Positions 54,421 through 64,000 of a stretch of 64,000 nt of DNA are shown here, in pieces. The notes beneath the pieces were generated by a model, which saw nothing but the letters and a program-made list of their open reading frames with translations, was not told the DNA's origin and searched no databases. The position numbers were made by a program, and so were the translations under genes. Source of the stretch: Octopus vulgaris (taxonomy: Eukaryota); NCBI GenBank assembly GCA_951406725.2, contig OX597826.1, positions 38,564,001 through 38,628,000 of the forward strand, given 5' to 3'. Each line of letters starts with the position of its first letter. Within the stretch, counting starts at the first letter, position 1.

Positions 54421-56138
54421 TGGCTGGTTCAATTCAATTTCGATTTCGCTTGCCCCAACATGTCTTCATCATAATCATTATCATCATTTTAATGATCATT
54501 TTTCCTTGATTGCTTGGATGAGATGGAATTTGTTGAGGCAGATTTTACATTCTGTAGCTGAATGCCCTTCTTGTCATCAACCCTTATTCTGTTCGCAAGT
54601 TCAGCATCAATGTCTCAGTGCATGTTCACTGTGTGTCCTAAGTAAATGTACTCCTTTATACCCTCAATTTCATCACTCCTCACCTCTATTTGGCATTGTG
54701 CTACATTTTCAGATCGCATGTAGTTTGTTTACATGCTTCATTTTAAGACCTACAACTGAGCTATGGGTGTCTAGGTGTCCAGTGCAATGTCATCTGCAAA
54801 TTGATGGTGTGTTAGTAGTTTGCCAGGATCTTTTCATTAGCTGTCACAAATTTCGTACTTTTTCAATTTTGTTCCAATTGTTTTCAAATTTGGCATACTA
54901 ATTTTGTTTTGTATGCTAATTATAAAAGTGAAATTCATTTTAGCCATAAATTAATAAATAATAGCTCTTAAAGTTTGCAAATTTTGGGTAATTTTAGCCA
55001 ATCAAAAGCCACCATTATACACATGATCATAAATCTTACACTGATGTCTTTCCATAGTAACAAGCAAAGCTGCAGTCTGTTGTGTTTCCATGTGCAAAGA
55101 TGACACTTTCACCACAGGTTTTTCATGGGACTTACATGCAACAAGTTGAAAGCATGAGGGCATATCTAAAATGAGAGAATAAATGATGCTGTGGGACCAC
55201 TGTTCCATGGTTGACTCATTGTGAGATTATCTGGCACAGGAGATATGAAAATCAGTGTTCTCAAACTTTCGATTTGAATTTTGGAAATGTTTAGACGAAC
55301 TTTTACAGAATATCACACCATTTGCTTTTTTATTTTTCACAAAAAAAATTTCATTGAGGATTTCTTCCTTTTTCCTTTGCTTCACTAGACTTCCTTTGTA
55401 ACAATTTTCTAATTTTTTTTCTGAAATAAACTAAACCCAAATTCAGATTCAGCATAAAAAATTATATCAATAAACCATATTTGAGAATTTTCACTACATT
55501 AAAAAATTTCCAAGTCTGTGACACCAACTGAAAAGATCTACTTGCATTCACACTACCTATCCAGTCAACGACTCTGATGATCACTGCTAGACATGTGATG
55601 AGGAGCTTTGGTGAGATGATATCTCCTGGTTTTACACTCTTCCCAATTGTAACTCTTACCAGTAGTAAGAGCAGAGCTATATCAGTGATGCACCTAGAAT
55701 TCCCATCTCTGAGCAGTTTGGTGTGTTGCACCTCAATACCTTGCATTTCTATAGATTTTACCATCCTACTTGTGCTCTTATATACAAATGAGATGTGGGC
55801 TGCTATGAAGAGGGAAGAACAATTGGCTCTGATGCAAAGTGCCATGGAAAGATCCCTACTAAGATTATCAATGCAAGAGCATATTTGAAATGAAATAATT
55901 TGAGAACAAACTGGAGTGAAAGATGTGATTGCAGAATACCAAAAGCACAAGTCTTGCTACACCAGACAAGTTGCAAGGTTCAAAGACAACAGATAGATCC
56001 ATACAATTGCCAAGTGGTATCCAAAAGATCAGAAAAAGTCACTTAGAAGATGTCTATGATGATGAGAAGACAATTTAGTTAAATGATTTTGGCCAATATA
56101 GAAAAAGAAGGTGTAATCTAAAAAGAATTTGCAGCACA

Positions 56139-56174
<36 letters not shown>

Positions 56175-56222
56175 ATCATCATCGTTTAACGTCTGCTTTC
56201 CATATATATATATGTATATATA

Positions 56223-56266
<44 letters not shown>

Positions 56267-56279
56267 TATATATATATAT

Positions 56280-57815
56280 ATCCTCCTCAAATTGTGTAAA
56301 CATGCCCTGGTAAAACCCCTCAAGATTCTCTTCCAGAGCTTTCTTACAAATGGCAAACTGAAGGAGGGAATAATATGCCCAATACATAAAGGGGGAAGTA
56401 GAGCAGATGCCAAAAACTATAGGCCTATCTCTCTGACTTCACACATCAGCAAAGTCGTGGAACAGACAGTCAGAAGGAAACTAATCGCATTCTGTGAAAA
56501 AAAAACTTGCTGAGTGATACCCAGCATGGTTTTCAACCTGGTAGGAGCTGCCTGACCCAGCTCTTGCAACATTATGACTGGGTGCTGAGGCAGTTACTCA
56601 ACAAATCAAATGTGGACATAATATACCTTGATTTTGCAAAAGCTTTTGACAAGGTGGATCATGGTATGATATGCCACAAACTGCATGACCTTGGCATAGC
56701 TGGAAAACTTGGAGAGTGGTTACATGACTTCCTGAAAGATAAGAGTCAGGCAGTAGTGGCTAATGGAACCACCTCTATGAACATACAAATAGTGAGTGGT
56801 GTTCCACAGGGCACTGTCTTGGGATCACTGCTTTTTATAGTGGCCCTCTCAGATATGCCCTCAAATGCCTGGATAGCCACTCTGGCAAGCTATGCAGATG
56901 ATATGAAAGTCTTGCAGAAAATACAGAACCCCAGCGATGTTGCACACCTGCAGCAGGAGTTGGACTCAATTTACAGATGGGCTGAGGATAATAATATGCA
57001 GTTTAATGCTGAAAAATTCCAGGCCCTGCACTACCAGCATCCAAAACTGAATATTAAACCTACAGGGTACACCGGTCCACAGGGAATTTCAATCCCAGGG
57101 CCTAAGTCAGTGAGGGACCTGGGTATCAACATGAGTGATGATACCTCTTTCCAAGTGCACATTACCAGGATGGCGACAAAGTGCAGACGACTGGCTGGCT
57201 GGATCCTAAGAACATTCAGATCCAGAGATAAGGAAACCATGATGGTCCTCTGGTGGACATTCGTCCTCAGCTGCCTGGATTACTGCTCACAGCTATGGTC
57301 ACCCACCAGTGTGAAATTAACAGCGGACCTTGAAGCAATCTAGAGAAGATTCACAAAGAAGATCGTCTCTTTGCAACAGCTCAGCTACTGGGAAAGGTTG
57401 AAACAGCTAAGACTCTACTCCCTGGAGAGAAGACGGGAGAGGTATGCAGTAATGGTATGAACCAATGGTATGCACCAATGCCAGAACAGGATGACACTGC
57501 ATAGTGCCAAAGATCTCAGCAATGCCATCACGCTTCAGGACCAGTTACTACAACAGCCTGGGTTTCAAGGGCCCACAGCTTTTTAATATTCTCCCAAAGA
57601 GAAAGTAGATGTGGGGGGTTTTAAATCAAAGCTGAACCTCTTCCTGTCGAGAGTCCCAGATGAGCCTACCTCACGGCAAGAGGTGCAAATGAGGGTAGCT
57701 ATATCAAACTCCATTCTTCATCAAGTGCCACATATTAGAGGAGGCTCTTAGTAATAACAGTGTAGCGCAAAACGGTGGTGCATCAGTATGGCCGCAGCTC
57801 TGAGCTGAAACTTAA
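56280..57815 (+). mobile_element. 5'-truncated CR1/L2-group LINE (RT plus 3' tail)
   Basis: ICPIHKGG..NYRPISLTSHISKV, QHGFQPGRSCLTQLL, IYLDFAKAFDKVDH, SGVPQGTVLG, YADD, LDYCSQLWSP. One frameshift in an A-run near 56500. 3' stem-loop tail at 57774-57811. Confidence 0.88.
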
Positions 57816-57870
57816 AAAAATATATATATACATACATATATAAAATATATATATACATATACATATATAT

Positions 57871-57901
<31 letters not shown>

Positions 57902-57906
57902 GTCAC

Positions 57907-59350
57907 TTGTATAGTTATCAAGTTGTACAGGAAGGCATCACACCCAATGATGGGTGTACCAGCATAATAGTCAACTATGAGAAAAGTAAAAGAGATGCGT
58001 TAGAAAGAAGTAATTACAGAGGTATCAAATTACTGGACCAGGTTATGAGAGTTGCTGAAAGAGTCATAGCCCAGTTAATTAGAAAGAGAGTTAACTAGAT
58101 GAGATGCAGTTTGGCTACTGCAGGAGATTTAGCAATAAGTAAATAACTGTACTCAGCATTTGTTGACCTGGAGAATGCTTTTGACAGAGTGACTCAATCC
58201 CTCATCTGGTGGTTGCTACAAAAGCTAGGAATAGATGAATGGCTAGTAAGAGGAGCTATTCAAATCATTGTACAGGGATACAGTTAGCAAAGGGAGAATT
58301 AACAATGAGTACAGTGTTGAATTTAGTGTGCAGGTAGGAGTTCATCAGGGTTTGGTCATCAGTCCTTTCTTATTTATCATAGTCCTCAGGCCATAAGAGA
58401 GGAATTTAAGACTGGGAATTCCCCTGTGTTGACCCCTGTGTTGATGACTTTGTTCTTATAACTGAAACTGTAGGAGAATTAGAATTAAAATTTCAAGTGT
58501 AGAAAGAAACCCTGGAATCAAAGGGGCTTGCATTTAATTTAGCAAAGGCCAAAGTTCTAGTTAACAGAAAATCAAACTCCTTCTAGTAAATGACCCTGTT
58601 CCATACATAGACAAGGTGTTAGTAGAAATTCTATACAGTGTGCTCAGAGCAGACTATGGACGTATAAGAGATGCAGTGAAATCACAGGAAGATTGTTAAG
58701 TAGGATTCATTGGTAGCAGATGGTAGATGTGCAGAAGCAATAAATAATAAGAGCAGATGGAAACTAAATGTTCTGAAATGCTCAGGAAGCTCCTTAGAAA
58801 TAGTAGATAGTTTCTGTTATGTAGGTGTCTTAACGGTGGAGAAGGATGCTCTGAAAATATAGTTGCTACAGTACAAATTGGCTGGAGAAAGTTCAGAGAA
58901 CTCTTACCTCTGTTGGTAACAAAAGGTCACTCTCACAGAATGAAAGGAAGAGTGTATGATGCCTGAGTACAAATAGCAAAGCTACATGGTTGTGAAACTT
59001 GGGCTGTGAATGTAGAGGACATGCGAAGACTTGAAAGAAATGAAACTAGCATGCTTTGATGGATGTGCAATATCAATGTGCATATATGACAAAGTACAAA
59101 TGTGCTGAGAGAAAAACTGGGCATCAGATGTGGTGTGCAAGAGGGAAGGCTGTGTTGGCATAGTCATGTGATGTGGATGGATTAGGAGAGCTGTATAAAG
59201 AAGTGCCAATCGCTGAATATGGACAGAATCTTTAGGAGAGGAAGATGTGGGAGAAAGTGGTGAAGACTAACTTCAAGATGTTAAGTCTCTTAGAGGAGAT
59301 GATGCAGGGACTGAGATGAATAGTGATATGTTGTATTTGAGAAGATCCAT
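57907..59350 (+). mobile_element. degenerate RTE-clade LINE
   Basis: SNYRGIKLLDQVM, AFVDLENAFDRV, VGVHQG, GWRKFRELLPLL, LHGCETWA. Confidence 0.8.
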
Positions 59351-61569
59351 CCATCTCAGCAGGATTGAGGTTCTGTCAAGTCTTACCCCAAAACTCATCT
59401 TCTGACACATGCTCTTCTACCAATCTTCCATGTTACCTTATTCCTTTCACTTCACCCTACACTGAACTGATATACTGTGACTAACTTATTCTCTACCTCC
59501 AATCATCTGTCACACTATTTTCTCTCAGTGCACTTACCTACACATCCACCTCTTCTGCTCTTCCATCTTATTCTGTCTCATATTCATGTTATACCTATAC
59601 CTCATTTCTCTTTCTTTTTCTCTATCACTTTCCAGATAAGGACGCCATGTATTCACCTCTTCAGCAAGACATCTGCTCCTGTCCCTCTATCATAGTTTCT
59701 TATTCCTCCAGTCTATAACCACTCAGTGGAGGAGTCTTGTCTTGTAGATACATGGTAACCTCACTTGTGCTGGTACTATGTAAAAAGCACCAAGTACACT
59801 CTATTACAGACATGCATAGGCACATATGCATGCACAAACACAGATGTATGCAGGAACACATGCACACACACACGTGCGCACACATGAAAGCATATACACA
59901 AATACTTGCCTGTTCAAAAAAACCAGCATGTACACATGTACACACACACATGCATACAAGCATACACACTCAGAACCAACTCAACCACACACACTAGAAC
60001 ACACATGCACACACTCACACATAGATGTTCTCTCCTCCTCCCCAAATAAAGAACTACATCCTAAACCTATAACTCCTCAGTAGATATGAGAGTGACCAAG
60101 AAAAAAAAGACAAAAGACCAAACAGATGGCCAGTGCACACAGACGTATATACAAGCAATCACATGGGTGTGCACACACACAGAGAAACCCTTTGTTTGCT
60201 CTACCCTTACCTCCTCTTCTAAGCAAACACACATACAAGCATGCATACATGCTGACATGAGACCAATTCTCAGATAGATGCAGAACAGACCTTGGTATCA
60301 CTGGAGTTTTGAAAATATTAAAATATAATTTCTACTCTATTTTATCTTGGAGAGCATCCAAACAGGAACATTTTGATATCGCATTTGTGAAAATTTGGAT
60401 GAATATTTTAGGAAATATGACAATTTGAATGGTCAGTAAATCTTGCCTAAATGAATAATTAACCACATTTGTGATGTCATATCTTTGAAACTGAGGTGAT
60501 AATCATCTTCAAATTACACAAATTAAAAGTGACCATGGTATAACAGTTGCTTATATTTGTCAGGTTCTTGGAAAGTGTTTTTGGCAATTTCTAAAAAAAA
60601 TTTATGCAACGCTTATTTTGTTACACGTCACAAACAGTCAATCCCGCATTGTTTTCAAACCTAGTTAAATTCAAATGTACAAGTCACAGGGACTCGGGTT
60701 TTGGCACATTTGTAGCTGGTATAGAACTAAATAAATCTTAAGATTTTAGAACATGACAATATTCCAATAAAATTTTAACAGAATATGGCTATAAATGGTG
60801 GAGTTTAATATCAAGATGCCCACATAAGTTGGATTGTCTTCCTTTTGACAGATTTTTTTTTTCAATTATTTTTGCATCACAGTCTTGGAAATGATGGGGG
60901 TAAGCTTTTTCATGAAAAACATTATAGGAAAATTCATGCATGGAAATACCAGGGTGTTTGAGGGACCCTGGCAGGATATGGTAACAGTTGGATTTTAATT
61001 AAAACTATATGAGAAGAAAGTTCACATCCAGATCTTCCAAATGATATTTAATTTTCCTTAGAAAATATTTATTTTGACATGATAACGATGAAGTAAAAAG
61101 TGTTTTTGCATGTTCAAACTGTACTTGTCTCATTTGTACGATGTTCTATAGTGATACCTACATGGTATGAGAGGGGAAGTCACTAAGTCTCTGAGAACAG
61201 CAATGAAAGAACTTTGACTAACAAACAGCTGATTGGTTAACCAGTACACTAAACAAATGATCAATTAGTTAGTTGGTTAGATATTTAACCTATGAAGAAG
61301 ATGCATATGGAAATCAGCCAGAACCAATAAAGCAGTGGAACTGAACTGATGTGTGTTATCAATACCAGTGTAATGACTCTCCCAAGACACAAGAAAAGTT
61401 TTCAACACACAAATTCACATCAAGAATTTTGCAAGCCAAATACAGAAACAAAGAAAGCTAAGCTCTAGCCAAGCTAGCAAAATATGTGTTTAATAAAATG
61501 AAGTAGCATGAAACAATTGTACTACACTACCTTGGATATCCTTGTTGCTTATTTTGATTATATATATGT

Positions 61570-61866
61570 GGAGGCGCAATGGCCTAGTGGTTAGGGCAGC
61601 GGACTCGCGGTCGCAGTTTCGATTCCCAGACCGGGCGTTGTGAGTGTTTATTGAGTGAAAACACCTAAAAGCTCCATGAGGCTCCGACAGGGGGTGGTGA
61701 TCCCTGCTGTACTCTTTCACCACTCTTTCTCTCACTCTTTCATCTGTCGGCCTGCCCGCTTAGCCAGCGGGGTGGCGTCATTCGAAGGCTAAAACAATGC
61801 GAACGCATTGTGACCAGCGATGTGTAACAACATCTGATGGTCTGGTCGGTCACGTGATCATGTGAT
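61570..61866 (+). mobile_element. tRNA-derived SINE, family A
   Basis: Pol III A-box (tggcctagtgg) and B-box (gtttcgattcc), ending in (TA)n. A near-identical copy lies at 2875-3168 on the minus strand. Confidence 0.8.
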
Positions 61867-63293
61867 ATATATATATATATATATATATAGAAACATTGCC
61901 AGATCAGACTGGGCCAGGTGCAGCCTTCTGGCACACATATATATATACACAGACACACAACATTTAACGTCATTAGTTAAAGAAGAGGAAAGAAACCATT
62001 TCGATTTTGACAATGTAGCATTATTGAGCTAGTAGTGAGTTGTGAAATAGAAAGAGAGGTGGTAAAAAAGAGATGAGATGTAATAGATTAACCATCTGTA
62101 TATACATATACCCATATGTGCTTACATATACATAGACATACATATACATACTTATATATATAAATATACATACACACCACTATGTGTCTGGCATGTTGAA
62201 TATAAATATAAAAATAGTTAGAAAGAGGAAAGAAGTATGCAAATTAACAGGCTTATTGGAGTTTAAAATAAGTTGAAGCAAAATTAAATTGAAATTAAAA
62301 TTAGTTATAAAATATATATATATCAGTGTTGTGCACTCCAGCTATGCAAGTCATGTATTGCATGGTCATTTATTTTTCATATAAATCAAAAATCAAATCA
62401 AAAACACAAATTTTTTGTAACTATGTTGAAAAATAGTCGAAATCATTGAAAATGAAACTAACTAGTTAATTTGATTCAAAGACCCTTAAATGCAATATAA
62501 AAATATAGCACTACTTTGATTATTGAAAACAGCTCTATTCTGACATCATTTCCCTTCCCATTGAAAATAGCTAGGAAGTCGTGCAATCTTAAACATGCAT
62601 GAAGGTTTCTTATCTTTGGTCTTCTCTCTCTCTCTCTGTCAATACCTCTCTCTACCTTCTGTCAGTTCTTTGTAAGTGGTATCCTTATAGACTACCCAGA
62701 TGGTTGAATAGAGATGACCATTTGACCTCAGTTAAAAATCACTAAATCTAAAAATGAAAGTAATTCCAGTCCTTTCAAAATTCTTTGTCAAGTCAGATCA
62801 GTTCTGCCATTCAGATACTAGTATCAAATTTTTACCAAGTAAACAACATTATTTTTCTCATTGATATTTTATGTTCATTGTTAAATTGCTGGACTTTTGG
62901 ATTACCTGTCCCATGTAAGTTGGAATTTCTCCCATTTGGCCAAAATCTTTCATTGCTTTATTGATTTACTAAGATTAGCTTACGTTTTATTCAAATTGAC
63001 ATAACTCTCACTTCTCTCTCCCTCTCCCTCTCCCTCTCCCACACACACACATGTGCACACATTTCATTTATAAAATGTCTTTTAAACTTTTGAAATATGA
63101 GTCCAAATGACTGAAATATGTTATAGAAATTTTGTAAAATATTAAAAAAAAAAAACCTCAAAAGAATACAATTAGATATGTATGTGTGTATGTGTGTATG
63201 TATGTATGCATGCATGTAAGTATGCATGCATGCATGTATGTATGTATTTGCATACATACACAAAACACTCACACATATTACAAAATTACTTAC

Positions 63294-64000
63294 CAAATGA
63301 ATTTTCAGATCCGACATATTTAGTAAATCCAGTGATATTTTCATATAAATTTCGAACAATTTCATCTAATTCTGCCTCAACAGATTCTTCCAATGGAACA
63401 TTATCATAAATACTAACACGTTTAGATCGGTCATTTTGTGAACCTGCACACAGATATTTTGAGCTGTCCTGTTTGGAATCATGTCCTAAACTGAAGCTCC
63501 CTGTCCTAAAATTTATTCCATGACCTTCTCCAGTTTCAATGTAGCCATTGTTTATAACTTTTGGAAAGCTTCCTGGTTTGTAGTCAGAAGGCAACAAATA
63601 AACTTCAGTCAAATTGTTGGAGTTGTTATTTTTTACAGCATTTTTTGAAATGGAATGATTATCAGAATAGTTGTCCAGGGTCCGTGGCTGAAACAGTTCT
63701 GATTTTTGTTTTGATTGTGCAGTTGTTGTATGTAGATGAAGATCAGGGCTACTGGCTGAAGAAAAGTCTATTTGTGAGGTACACTCAGAAGATGAGCAAT
63801 CAGTGGAATTTGACCGTGTCATCATGTGTTTGTTCTTCTTATCTAAATCAATACAATTCATACGACGAATTGTCTCTTTCATGTTGTCTGTCTCCATAAC
63901 GATTGGCCCACTGATCTGCAAGCAGTCCATCTGCTTCTTATTGCGCATGCTTCCACCATTTTTCTTTGACCCAAAACGACTTGTTATAAGTCTTGCTGGC
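63294..64000 (-). CDS. STARD13: DLC-family RhoGAP-START gene, large serine-rich linker exon (5'-truncated by window edge)
   Basis: Open frame from the window edge: PARLITSRFG...QISGPIV...NCIDL...FPKVINNG...RTGSF...RVSIYDNVP...ELDEIVRNLYENITGF. These match the DLC1/STARD13 motifs ISGP, FPK..NG, RTGSF, SIYDNV and the LD motif. Donor G|GTAAGT at 63293, phase 1. The symbol denotes the family, since one invertebrate gene is co-orthologous to DLC1/STARD13/STARD8. Confidence 0.93.

Noticed and set aside
54125-54901. 258-aa ORF
   Set aside because: Antisense read-through of an RTE 3'UTR repeat and flanking DNA, with no domain motifs.
61570-61635. tRNA gene
   Set aside because: The A/B boxes belong to a SINE head with an incomplete cloverleaf, followed by SINE body.

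Overview
This is AT-rich, microsatellite- and transposon-dense animal genomic DNA. The SINE families and gene structure point to a cephalopod, most likely Octopus (inference). Two intron-rich genes lie on the minus strand, and the ORF track largely misses them. (1) The 3' part of a DLC-family RhoGAP-START gene (DLC1/STARD13/STARD8, Drosophila cv-c): 11 GT-AG exons from 64000 down to the stop at 24192, all phase-consistent, about 850 aa in the window, ending ...GPETKL*. (2) About 7 kb downstream, a CCDC169-like coiled-coil gene: 6 exons from ATG 17159 to 3235, last exon not found, with a perfect RFX X-box 16 nt upstream of the ATG. Introns and intergenic DNA hold Penelope-like elements (Naiad- and Neptune-type), R4/Dong, RTE, CR1-like and L1/Tx1 LINE remnants, mariner relics, a Helitron, a piggyBac-type MITE, three tRNA-SINE families, two minisatellites and several long inverted repeats. 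The most notable non-obvious signal is a ~353-bp head-to-tail repeat at 28977-29505. Each copy carries a type I hammerhead ribozyme (one apparently intact) and there is no ORF, which is the architecture of a non-LTR retrozyme or circular-RNA retroelement. Further hammerhead-like motifs accompany the Penelope-like tails. All family calls come from reading motifs, not from database searches.
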